From: an uncultured Candidatus Sumerlaeota bacterium
GTDB lineage: Bacteria; CAYMEV01
DNA: 52,388 nt
Assembly: GCA_964389675.1 (NCBI GenBank)
Contig: CAYMEV010000025.1
Span: 1 to 52,388 of the forward strand
Direction: 5' to 3'
How positions within the stretch are numbered: position 1 is the stretch's first letter; each line of letters starts with the position of its first letter. Below, piece after piece: positions 18,653 to 27,722 of this stretch. A program made the position numbers and the translations under genes. The notes under the pieces were generated by a model, which was given only the letters and a program-made list of their open reading frames with translations, ran no database searches and was not told where the DNA came from.

Positions 18653-20551
18653 TCAGTTGATAATGCTGTATTTTGAAAGCAGATGTTCCAGGACAGGCTT
18701 TAGAGCTTCAATAAGCTTTTCATCTTTTTGTTCAGGATCATCAAAGTCGAATTTAGCCTTTTCTTCATCATCCTTATAGACAACTATCTGCTTGTCCTCT
18801 ACATTGACAATGAAACCCTCTTTATCCACATCCCTCTTTAATGTTTTTTCCGCATAATGCGGATCCTCAATAATCGCTATGTCTGATCCGTTATGGATAA
18901 TTCCAAAATCCAGAATATCATCCTTATCGTGATTGAACAAGGCGAATTCAAGCTTCGGGTTTCTCAGTATTATCTGAACATTCTTGCTGTGCAGTTTGTT
19001 TTTGCAGAGAAATTCATTGTTGAAGAAGATACCTTCATCTGATAAAAAACCGTATTCAATATCACTCTTAATCTTTTTCAGCTCTTCATAAAGAAGTTTC
19101 CCGAAATTGGTGCTGATCTTATTTCCGGATATTATTGGAATCCTGGAGCCTTGAGAATCTTTGAAAAGGGATTCCATTATAATTCCCGGAACATCAATCG
19201 ATCCACCGATAGCAGGGGCAAGATGCATAAAAACCCCAGGGCCTGCATTTATCTCAATAATTCCAAAATTGCCTTCATTCCATGGCTTTGATATATCTTC
19301 AGTAAGTACATCTATTCCTAAACAGACAACATTGAAGAATTTTGATATATCCTCCACAAGCTTAATATTTTTTGGGTGTATCTTGTCTGTAACATTAATA
19401 GAGACCCCTCCAGCAGATATATTTGCTACCCTGCGTAAAAATATCCTCTCTCCCTCTTTGGGAACGGACTGCAATGACAGGTTCTGAAGCTGAAGGTAGT
19501 CCTTAAGGTCTTCGTCGATCTTTATCTTAGTAAGCGGGGACCTTGCATTATCAAGCCTTACTTCCTTGTCATTTTCAATAGCAATTAATTTTTCAATATT
19601 ATCCGCACCGTTTCCATCAACATAAGCAGGGACCCTCTGCAAAGCAGCTGCGAATTTTCCCTTTACGCTCAGCAGGCGGTGATCAGTCCCATAGATCTGC
19701 TGTTCTACGATAGCCCCGTCAAATGGTACTCCCAGCTCCTTTGCAGCTTTTTCAATATTCTTAAAGGCTTTGCTTACCTCTTCAGGGCTTTCAATATTCG
19801 TTGTTACGCCCTGTCCTTTGTGCCCTGCAAGGGGTTTTACAACAACAGGGAACCCTAAAGCTTCAGTCTCCTTCAGGATATCCTTCTCCGTATAGCAGTT
19901 TTTCCCCTGAGGTGTCGGGAACCCGCACATAAGCAGAAAATCCTTAACCATGTCCTTATACATGGTAAATTCAGTATCCCTGATGCTGTCAATATGCAGT
20001 GTGGTTGATCTGCCCCTTATTGCCTTTTTTCCGTATCCCCATTGAAAGCAGTTTTCCTCATACAGATAGGACACCGGAATACCCCTCTTTAAGCCTGCCT
20101 CAATTAGGGAATAGAGTGTCGGGCCGCCAAACAGGGTTTTATCGAAATCCATTTGAAGAGAAGCAAATTCTGTGTTAAAATCAATCTCCTGGCCTTCATT
20201 AATGGAAGATAGCCATTCACATACAAAATATACGCAGTCTTCTGCAATGGCATCATCCAGAAATTCAACTGCTACCTCATATTCTTCCCCGTCAAAGTCG
20301 ATGCTGTATTTATTGATATAAAGGTTAATATCCATCTTCATAACGTTGAGAAGTACCTCTGCAAACAGGTCTGCAACCCTGGAAGGATAGTTTTCCTTCA
20401 TTTGAGGAAACTTGTCGGTAACAGCATCATAATAAAAGTCAGCCATTGGTCCGCCAGGGTCTAAAAACAGGTTAAATACAATCGCCCTGGTATCAAGGTA
20501 ATAATTCGGACCATTATAGGTATAGAATTTACTTACCTGAAAATCTTTCAC
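18653..20551 (-). CDS. cphA2: Cyanophycin synthetase 2-like protein (beta-Asp-Arg dipeptide ligase type)
   Basis: 632 aa. GPNYYL, GGPTLYSL, QWGYGKK..RG, VVKP.AGHKGQGVT, ANISAGG and IEINAGPG. No HxxEH site; truncated M domain without a P-loop. Confidence 0.8.
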   Translation of the reverse strand: MKDFQVSKFYTYNGPNYYLDTRAIVFNLFLDPGGPMADFYYDAVTDKFPQMKENYPSRVADLFAEVLLNVMKMDINLYINKYSIDFDGEEYEVAVEFLDDAIAEDCVYFVCEWLSSINEGQEIDFNTEFASLQMDFDKTLFGGPTLYSLIEAGLKRGIPVSYLYEENCFQWGYGKKAIRGRSTTLHIDSIRDTEFTMYKDMVKDFLLMCGFPTPQGKNCYTEKDILKETEALGFPVVVKPLAGHKGQGVTTNIESPEEVSKAFKNIEKAAKELGVPFDGAIVEQQIYGTDHRLLSVKGKFAAALQRVPAYVDGNGADNIEKLIAIENDKEVRLDNARSPLTKIKIDEDLKDYLQLQNLSLQSVPKEGERIFLRRVANISAGGVSINVTDKIHPKNIKLVEDISKFFNVVCLGIDVLTEDISKPWNEGNFGIIEINAGPGVFMHLAPAIGGSIDVPGIIMESLFKDSQGSRIPIISGNKISTNFGKLLYEELKKIKSDIEYGFLSDEGIFFNNEFLCKNKLHSKNVQIILRNPKLEFALFNHDKDDILDFGIIHNGSDIAIIEDPHYAEKTLKRDVDKEGFIVNVEDKQIVVYKDDEEKAKFDFDDPEQKDEKLIEALKPVLEHLLSKYSIIN

Positions 20552-21428
20552 TTTCTGTCTCCTTTATATTATTTAATATTTTTTCCTTAGTAATTTTTGG
20601 AGATATTATTCTTCTTGTTCTCAAGCTGTATCCATAGCCTTCATACAGGTATGAGACAGTAATCCCGTCTGCAACGATCCTTTCCCCGTTGTTAATTCTG
20701 CTGTAATTGGAATATTTAAGATTATCCGCCTTTACTAATGTCACATAATCAGAACCAATAACATAGAATGTCCCGTCCGGATAGACTATAATTCCTGTAT
20801 CTTCAGCCAATCCAATACCAAGCCTTACCTTATGGCTGATAATATATTGAATTAACCTGAAAATCCTGTCTCTCTTGAAAAAATGAGTATCAATAACAGC
20901 ATCATGTATGAGGCCAAAACCCCTGGAGTGCTGTATGCTTCCCTTAATATAGCCCTTTTCATCACCGGCAAACAGTATGGGATCACACGCAGCTGCGGCC
21001 CCTGCACTTGTCCCTGCTATTGTCGCACCATTTTCATGTCTTTTGATAATCTTCTCATAAAGCCTTGTATCATGGAGAATGTTTACAAGCCTCTCCTGGT
21101 CTCCTCCTGTAAAGAAAATGAGGTCTGACTTTTCGACAGCCGTAATATGCTCCGTCTTGTCTGCTTCATGCTGCTCTCTTATATCAAGAACTTCAACTGA
21201 TTCTGCACCAAGGTCAGAAAATGCATATACATATTTCCTCCCGACATAGCTTGGATCAGAGCTTGCTGTTGGTATTACTGCAACTCGTTTAGATTTGTTT
21301 ATATTCAGGGTAATGTCAAGGACCCTTTTTCTCTGTCTCTTATCCTCATTCCCCCCTATCAGGATAAGATATCCTTTTTTGGAGAGTTTTTTCTTCCATT
21401 TCAGGTTCTTAAAATCCAGAACAGATAT
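20529..21428 (-). CDS. cphB: Cyanophycinase (probable ATA start; the ORF track shows only its last 93 aa)
   Basis: Manually translated open frame: GYLILIGGNEDK, VIPTAS, FFTGGDQ, GTSAGAA, IDTHF..RDR..RL and GIGLAEDT. SD GGGAGGTG at 21433-21440. Confidence 0.9.
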   Translation of the reverse strand: MSVLDFKNLKWKKKLSKKGYLILIGGNEDKRQRKRVLDITLNINKSKRVAVIPTASSDPSYVGRKYVYAFSDLGAESVEVLDIREQHEADKTEHITAVEKSDLIFFTGGDQERLVNILHDTRLYEKIIKRHENGATIAGTSAGAAAACDPILFAGDEKGYIKGSIQHSRGFGLIHDAVIDTHFFKRDRIFRLIQYIISHKVRLGIGLAEDTGIIVYPDGTFYVIGSDYVTLVKADNLKYSNYSRINNGERIVADGITVSYLYEGYGYSLRTRRIISPKITKEKILNNIKETESERFSGK

Positions 21429-21556
21429 AACACACCTCCCGATAGAGAACTTCTTATTTTATACTATTCAAATAGCATAAAAATCAAGAAAATAATTATC
21501 CCCTGCAGTTCTGACAGCATCACAATTATTCAGCAGAATGCTTATTATAGATAGTT

Positions 21557-21585
21557 TTGACTTCACTGGCAATCCATTATATTAT
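21557..21585 (+). promoter_or_regulatory. Sigma-70-type promoter, likely giving a leaderless transcript
   Basis: TTGACT-17 nt-TATTAT; ATG lies 7 nt downstream and has no SD. Confidence 0.55.
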
Positions 21586-21592
21586 ATCTGAT

Positions 21593-22519
21593 ATGGTAGG
21601 CTTTTCTACACCTTCCTATACCAGGCTCCAAAGAAATGGCGGGTTATCCCGGAGGGCTGAAAAACTCTGGAATATTATGCACAGCTGCACTTTATGCCCA
21701 AGGTTATGCAGAGCAGACAGGCTGGCCGGGGAGAAGGGTTTCTGCATGGCTGATGCAAACCTCTATATTGCTTCTTATGGCCCTCATTTCGGTGAAGAAA
21801 GTCCTCTTGTCGGCACAGGCGGTTCAGGTACTATTTTTTTCAGCAACTGCTCGCTAAGGTGTGTTTTTTGCATAAACTGGGAGATCAGTCATAAAGGTGC
21901 CGGAAATCATGTAAGTATTGAAGGTCTTGCAGATATTATGCTTTACCTTCAGGACCATGGGTGTCATAATATCAATCTTGTAACACCTGACCATTATCTC
22001 CCTTTTATATTGAAAGCTGTTGATATTGCATCAGGCAGAGGTCTCAGGCTGCCCCTTGTCTATAATACAAGCGGATGGACAAATCCCGATATTTTAACAG
22101 GGCTTGACGGTTTAATTGATGTATACCTTGCTGATTTTAAGTTCTTTGAAAAAGATATGGCTGCCAGGTATTCAGAAGGGGCTTACAGCTATCCAGAAAC
22201 CTGCAGAAAATCACTCCTTGAGATGCATCGCCAGGTTGGCACAGCAAAAATTTCATCAGGCGGCCTTATCTGCCGGGGGCTTATGATACGCCATCTTGTA
22301 ATGCCAGGCAAAGCAGGCGGGACAAAAAGACTGATAAGCTGGATATCTGAAAATCTTCCAAAGGATACTTATGTTAATATCATGTCGCAATACAGGCCGA
22401 TGTATAAAGCATTTGAATATCCTGAAATATCAAGGGCCATAACAGAAAAAGAATATGAAGAAGCTGTGGGCCATGCAATAGAGGTTGGTTTGACAAACCT
22501 TGATATACAGGGGTACTGA
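21593..22519 (+). CDS. PflX-like radical SAM protein
   Basis: CTLCPRLC..DR..G..GFC, PHFGEE, GSGTIFFSNCSLRCVFC, RHLVMPG and NIMSQYRP. Confidence 0.9.
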   Translation: MVGFSTPSYTRLQRNGGLSRRAEKLWNIMHSCTLCPRLCRADRLAGEKGFCMADANLYIASYGPHFGEESPLVGTGGSGTIFFSNCSLRCVFCINWEISHKGAGNHVSIEGLADIMLYLQDHGCHNINLVTPDHYLPFILKAVDIASGRGLRLPLVYNTSGWTNPDILTGLDGLIDVYLADFKFFEKDMAARYSEGAYSYPETCRKSLLEMHRQVGTAKISSGGLICRGLMIRHLVMPGKAGGTKRLISWISENLPKDTYVNIMSQYRPMYKAFEYPEISRAITEKEYEEAVGHAIEVGLTNLDIQGY

Positions 22520-22568
22520 AAATCAAAAAAGCTTGCTCTAATGCTGCAGAAAGGCTTTTATCCGCGGT

Positions 22569-23183
22569 CTATTTTCTTGATTTATACTCCGCAAGTTCAT
22601 AAATCCAGGTATCATTGGCAGCCATAAATTCTGCATAAACAGGAAGGGGTATTTTTATATTTATGCTGTATGTTGCATTCTCCTGCTTTCTGGTCATGCT
22701 GTGTACATAGTTATATTTAAGAACCATTCCTTTTATACCGCCGCATTCTTTGATACCATTTATTTCTAAAGATTTATCCCCTTCTGAAAAGCTGAAGCCT
22801 TCCCTAAATATTGCATTTTCAGTAATGAAGCTGTCAATATTTATAAGATTAGACAATATATTCGCAATCTCAAAATTTTCAGCTGAAAAAACAAAATCAA
22901 TTGCAGACATGCCAGGCTCCAGCCTGATAGTCTCTGAAAATTCAGAGTTCCATTTTCCTGTAATTTCAATATCAAGGGAATCTTTCTCAGCGGTGTTTGC
23001 TTTTAATTCGACCCAGCCTTTCAATCCCCTTTCAGAACTGATCTGATACCTGAAATACTGCCCATCCGCTAAATTGAAATAATCCCATTTTTCCGGAATA
23101 TCCTGTGAATAACAAAAGACATTGCATGACAATATAAGCAAAGCCATGCATATCATTCCAGTTATTAATTTTTTTTCGCACAT
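22569..23183 (-). CDS. Hypothetical secreted protein
   Basis: Signal-peptide-like N-terminus; GGAGGT SD upstream. Confidence 0.7.
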   Translation of the reverse strand: MCEKKLITGMICMALLILSCNVFCYSQDIPEKWDYFNLADGQYFRYQISSERGLKGWVELKANTAEKDSLDIEITGKWNSEFSETIRLEPGMSAIDFVFSAENFEIANILSNLINIDSFITENAIFREGFSFSEGDKSLEINGIKECGGIKGMVLKYNYVHSMTRKQENATYSINIKIPLPVYAEFMAANDTWIYELAEYKSRK

Positions 23184-23391
23184 TAATTGTATCTTTTAAT
23201 ACCTCCAATCTTTATTTTTTTGCCTTAAACCAGCAAATATCCTAAACGAAGACAATCTCCTCTCCTGAATGCAGAATTTACAATATACAAATAAAAAAAA
23301 CAGGCAAGAATAATTATGCAGGATAGAAAATTAAATGATATACAAAAACACCTGAAAAGCAGGCAATTTTTTAATTATAAGAATTGCAGGA

Positions 23392-23421
23392 AAGCAGGGG
23401 GGATGTCTCGCCCCCCTGCTT
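23392..23421 (-). terminator. GC-rich hairpin after the malic enzyme gene (probable terminator)
   Basis: AAGCAGGGGGG-atgtctcg-CCCCCCTGCTT: an 11-bp stem 5 nt past the stop, with a weak U-tract. Confidence 0.65.
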
Positions 23422-23426
23422 CAATA

Positions 23427-24767
23427 TCAGTCTTTTGGAGGATTCTTGATATATCCGTTCTCCATCAGGCATTGAATCTCATCCCTTGATCTCTTAATCA
23501 TGCTTTCTGCAATACTGAACAGCTCTTTTTCCGAAAATTTCAGCCGGGAAACACCCTGTTCAATAGCCTTTTTTGCAACAGCAACTGCTTCTCTCGGGAA
23601 AACTTCCCATTCATCCATTGTTGGTATTAGATAATCTTCAGACAGGCCTTTATCCTCAGCAGTTTTTGCCAATTCATAAGCTGCTTCTATGCACATTTCA
23701 TCTGTTATAGTCCTGGCCATTACATCCAGGGTACCCCTGAAAATTCCAGGAAATCCAAGTGAGTTATTGACCTGGTTCGGGAAATCGGACCTGCCTGTTG
23801 CTACTATCTTTGCACCTGCCTCCTTGGCCTCCCATGGCCAGATCTCTGGTATCGGGTTAGCACAGGCAAAGACAATAGCATCCCTGGCCATATCTGAAAT
23901 CCATTCTTTTTTTATTGTTCCAGGGCCTGGTTTTGAAAGAGCAATAAGAACGTCAGCACCTTTCATCGCATCGGGGATATCCCCTTTCAGCTGTCTCTTA
24001 TTGGTGATCTGTGAATAATAATACTTCTCTTTGAATTTCAGTTTGAGGTCATCCCTGTCTTTATGCAGAGTACCTTTGGTATCCACCATTATTATATTCC
24101 CGGGCGTAGCCCCTGCAGAGATAAGCAGTCTGATTATTGCAATATTTGCTGCCCCGGCTCCTACCATTGTTATGGATACATCCTGTATCTTTTTATTTAC
24201 CAATTTCAAACCGTTTATAAGCCCAGCAAGAGTCACTGCTGCTGTTCCCTGCTGGTCATCATGCCATACAGGGATCCTTGCTTTCTTCCTTAAGGTGTCA
24301 AGTATATGGAAACACTTGGGCTGTGACAGGTCTTCAAGGTTGATCCCGCCAAAGGTCGGCTGGAGGTACATGACAGTCTTTATGATCTCTTCAGGATCTT
24401 TGGTATCCAGACAGATCGGAAAAGCATCCACTCCGCCAAGATACTTGAATAACAATGCCTTGCCTTCCATAACAGGCAGTCCCGCTTCAGGCCCTATATC
24501 CCCAAGGCCCAGCACTCTTGTCCCATCACTTACAACAGCTACAAAATTAGCTTTGTTCGTATGCTTGAAAACAGTTTCGGGGTTATTATATATGTCCCTG
24601 CATGGTGATGCAACTCCAGGTGTATACCAGATCGCAAAATCATTTACGTCTCTGACACAGCATTTTGATACGACTTCCACCTTTCCCTTGTAGAATGGAT
24701 GCAGTTTCATGGCATCCTGTCCAGGTTTTTGCGCTTTTTTCAATAATTCATCCACATTTTGAGTCAT
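23427..24767 (-). CDS. NAD(P)-dependent malic enzyme
   Basis: YTPGVA, SDGTRVLGLGDIG, VMEGKALLFK, HDDQQGT, ANPIPEI and ATGRSDFPNQVNN. Confidence 0.95.
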   Translation of the reverse strand: MTQNVDELLKKAQKPGQDAMKLHPFYKGKVEVVSKCCVRDVNDFAIWYTPGVASPCRDIYNNPETVFKHTNKANFVAVVSDGTRVLGLGDIGPEAGLPVMEGKALLFKYLGGVDAFPICLDTKDPEEIIKTVMYLQPTFGGINLEDLSQPKCFHILDTLRKKARIPVWHDDQQGTAAVTLAGLINGLKLVNKKIQDVSITMVGAGAANIAIIRLLISAGATPGNIIMVDTKGTLHKDRDDLKLKFKEKYYYSQITNKRQLKGDIPDAMKGADVLIALSKPGPGTIKKEWISDMARDAIVFACANPIPEIWPWEAKEAGAKIVATGRSDFPNQVNNSLGFPGIFRGTLDVMARTITDEMCIEAAYELAKTAEDKGLSEDYLIPTMDEWEVFPREAVAVAKKAIEQGVSRLKFSEKELFSIAESMIKRSRDEIQCLMENGYIKNPPKD

Positions 24768-24794
24768 AAATACCCTCCTTGGTAATTTTTTGAT

Positions 24795-25934
24795 TTATTC
24801 AGCTTCCTCTTTTATTAAAAAGTTTATATTTCTTTTCTTAAGCTCATTAAAAAAGATCTCAGGGTCAATATCAAGTTCCTGGTAGATGAAACCTCTTTTC
24901 TTTATGCTGTCTCCAAGGCACATCTGAGCAATTATAGAAGCTGGAAAACCTGTGCATATCATCATTGCAGACAGGTTTTTCTCTTTTTCATTATACCTGA
25001 TGAGGTCAGCCTCAATTCTTCTTTCTTTGCTGGTAATAAGTATTCTTGCCAGTACTGCATCATTCATGGTAGTTTTCAAAGAGCTTCCCAACAGAATCTC
25101 AAACAGCTCTCTGCTGGTTTTTGAAATGCCATTAAAGCTGTTAATGGTATTATCAGCAAACCCGAGATCCAGCATGGATTTTATCAGATCCTTATGTCCT
25201 TTGTACCTGATTGTCTTATATGAAAGATTCTCAGTAAATCTGCTCATGGTATGAGGCATGGTCGAAGATCCGCCGGAAGTATTGAAAGCCTCAAGTTCAC
25301 CGAAAGGTTCAGGGAAAGTTATTAATTCCAGATCATCCAGGGCTTTTTTTACTGCAACCTTATTATTCTCCAGCACTATGCAATCCTCAAGATACTCATT
25401 TATAAGCCCGTTAACTGAAAAAACAATCCGGTAGTTCAATGGATTATCTTTTATCAGCGGAAGGCCCCCTACCATAATCCTGATATCAGCTGCATTTTTT
25501 ATCCTTAAAAGGAGATAGGCTGATACTATTGATACAAGCCCGGGAGCCAGGCCTGTATCCGGTATCAGGCATACACCGTTATTCTCGGCCAATTTGTTAA
25601 GCTCCATCTGCCTGTTAACAACATCGAGATTTCCACCCAGGTCGATCCAGTGAATGCTGCTTTCAACCGTTATTTTTGAAAGCTTATAATTGTATCTGTA
25701 GGGAAGTGTGCTGATTACTATATCAATTCCGTCAAGAAGCCTCTCATATGACCTGTAGTCTGTTGCATCAAAAATAATCGTATGAATGTTTTTGCTCTTG
25801 AAATGTGCTTCAATAGTCTCCAGATTATCTTCTTTCAGGTCGCATATATAGATCTTTGAGTCCCTGCATGTATTTATAATGTCATATACTACACCCTCCG
25901 ACATCTTGCCTGCACCAAGGATTAAAAAATTCAT
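24795..25934 (-). CDS. Saccharopine dehydrogenase / lysine 6-dehydrogenase family
   Basis: ILGAGKM, DLGG, DTGLAPG, VGGLP, GLINEY, EAFNTSGG and YKTIRYKGH. ATG 25934 follows AGGAGG. Confidence 0.88.
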   Translation of the reverse strand: MNFLILGAGKMSEGVVYDIINTCRDSKIYICDLKEDNLETIEAHFKSKNIHTIIFDATDYRSYERLLDGIDIVISTLPYRYNYKLSKITVESSIHWIDLGGNLDVVNRQMELNKLAENNGVCLIPDTGLAPGLVSIVSAYLLLRIKNAADIRIMVGGLPLIKDNPLNYRIVFSVNGLINEYLEDCIVLENNKVAVKKALDDLELITFPEPFGELEAFNTSGGSSTMPHTMSRFTENLSYKTIRYKGHKDLIKSMLDLGFADNTINSFNGISKTSRELFEILLGSSLKTTMNDAVLARILITSKERRIEADLIRYNEKEKNLSAMMICTGFPASIIAQMCLGDSIKKRGFIYQELDIDPEIFFNELKKRNINFLIKEEAE

Positions 25935-25944
25935 ATCATACCTC

Positions 25945-27024
25945 CTAATACTTCTTAAAAAGCTCACCCCATCTGGTGCTCAGCCAGCTGTTAAAAACCT
26001 TTCTTCCTTTGACATTCCACCAGAAATAATCATGATAGAAGGCAGAAGCAAATACAAACATATATACCAGCGGTGTCCTGAAAAGAAGCTTCTGTATGAC
26101 TTTCAGCGGGCTGAACCAGAACAGGTCACCGAAGATTGATGCAAAATTATCTCCTACAGCAAACTTAAGCTGCAGATCTGATATATCATCGCCTACTATT
26201 TCAATATTCTCAGGCCTTCCGTTACCCAGGCCCCTGTCATCAGCCAGGTGGATATATTTCAGTTTCATAGGGTCAAACCCCATAATCTTTGCGCTAACGG
26301 CATCAATAGCCACACTGTCTGCACTTGCAAGCATAATATTAGTCTCAACAGGCTTTAATGTCCTTGGCCCCGGGCCATTTCCAGAATTTGTTCCGTCCAT
26401 TATTGTAAAAATGCCTGTATGGATCTCTTTCTGTATGGACAGAAGGTCAACAAGTGTTTCGTGTATACATGAATGGGTGTAATGCCTTTTTGTATTCAGG
26501 AGACCTCCGAATGCATTCTTCATCGCCCCTGTTGTAGTTGTATAAATATGACATTTCACTGTAGGAAGGTGTATTATATTTTTTCCAAAAAAGAAAGAAG
26601 GTATCCTTATCTGGCCGTTGTATATCTTATCAAGGACAAGCAGAGGGCTTTTGGGTTTATATACCTCCCATCTTATATCATTTTTATCAAAATTGTACTT
26701 TACCGGGATATTATATTTTTGAAATATCTTATCATATTTATTCAGCTTTTCACCTTTATAAGGATTTGTCACTACAGTATTGTTCTCAACAGCTACAATA
26801 TCGCTGAGGCCATTATTCTGCAAAGCCTGCACTGTTCCTTCCAGCTGCCATGGCGTTGTATTTGCTGAAGGCATGGGATAATGCCAGCTTATATTTCCTT
26901 TCAATATTGTTGCAGAATCCTTGGAGAGAGATTCGCCAATCTTTCCAAGTTTTGCTAATCTGTCAATATCGTCCAGGATAGTACCCGGACTTACCTTCAC
27001 TACAGAAACTATGCTCTTATTCAT
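25945..27024 (-). CDS. DUF362-family protein
   Basis: NISWH, TTPWQLEG, LPTVKCH..TTTTGAMKN.FG and D.VAIDA. Confidence 0.85.
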   Translation of the reverse strand: MNKSIVSVVKVSPGTILDDIDRLAKLGKIGESLSKDSATILKGNISWHYPMPSANTTPWQLEGTVQALQNNGLSDIVAVENNTVVTNPYKGEKLNKYDKIFQKYNIPVKYNFDKNDIRWEVYKPKSPLLVLDKIYNGQIRIPSFFFGKNIIHLPTVKCHIYTTTTGAMKNAFGGLLNTKRHYTHSCIHETLVDLLSIQKEIHTGIFTIMDGTNSGNGPGPRTLKPVETNIMLASADSVAIDAVSAKIMGFDPMKLKYIHLADDRGLGNGRPENIEIVGDDISDLQLKFAVGDNFASIFGDLFWFSPLKVIQKLLFRTPLVYMFVFASAFYHDYFWWNVKGRKVFNSWLSTRWGELFKKY

Positions 27025-27036
27025 TTAATGACTCCT

Positions 27037-27513
27037 TTATAAATGATATTTAATAATTATTACTAAAAATACTAAAATCAGGGCAATGCCTAAAATAATA
27101 ACTGGAATGTATTTGACGGGATTCTCAAGCCTGTTGTTTATTACCTGTATGCTTTCAAGTATTGCTTTTCTTTTATACAAGACATCTCCTATCTTATAGT
27201 ACCAGTATTCCATTTCAGCATCATGAAGCTTGTTATAGAAGGCGACCTCTCCCAGCTCCGTGTATAGAATCTTCAGCTTTTTCTTAAGGCGTAGGGCATT
27301 GCTCTTTTTTATATCCCTTTTTTTTATTTCAAAATGAATATTGTCAATATCTCTGAACCTTTCTTTTAACAGCTCGGATTCGACCCTGTTCTTAAGAACC
27401 AGACAGCCATATTTTCTGAAAAGCCTGTCTTTTTCCAGATCATTCAGAAGATGTCTTAATTTATATATTTCCCTTTTTATATAAAGGATAATCAGTCTAA
27501 AAAATCCTAAAAT
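27037..27513 (-). CDS. Hypothetical basic protein with C-terminal TM helix (missed by the ORF track; non-ATG start)
   Basis: Stop-free frame of 158 codons (ILGFFRLIILYIKREIYKL...YIPVIILGIALILVFLVIIIKYHL*). Its stop abuts the SD of the next gene; GAGAGGA lies 9 nt before ATT. Confidence 0.65.
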   Translation of the reverse strand: MLGFFRLIILYIKREIYKLRHLLNDLEKDRLFRKYGCLVLKNRVESELLKERFRDIDNIHFEIKKRDIKKSNALRLKKKLKILYTELGEVAFYNKLHDAEMEYWYYKIGDVLYKRKAILESIQVINNRLENPVKYIPVIILGIALILVFLVIIIKYHL

Positions 27514-27722
27514 CTAATTAGATCCTCTCTATAATTCTGTTCATGATAATAAATTATACCTAAGCATAATATAAATTTGATACATTTTCAAATAAAAATA
27601 TGCAAAAGATTATATTACGCGAACAAATAAAATATTGACATTCGGCAGAGATATAATAGTTTTTCTTATAATAAAAAACTTAAGAAAAGGCCGCTTTATA
27701 ACAGTTAGGTTTTGGAGACCAG

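Noticed and set aside
20529-20810. 93-aa ORF as a standalone gene or cphB pseudogene
   Set aside because: It is the C-terminus of an uninterrupted 299-codon cyanophycinase frame.
27635-27672. Consensus TTGACA/TATAAT pair upstream of rpoD
   Set aside because: Spacings of 11 and 26 nt do not fit. A promoter is likely here, but its exact elements cannot be assigned.
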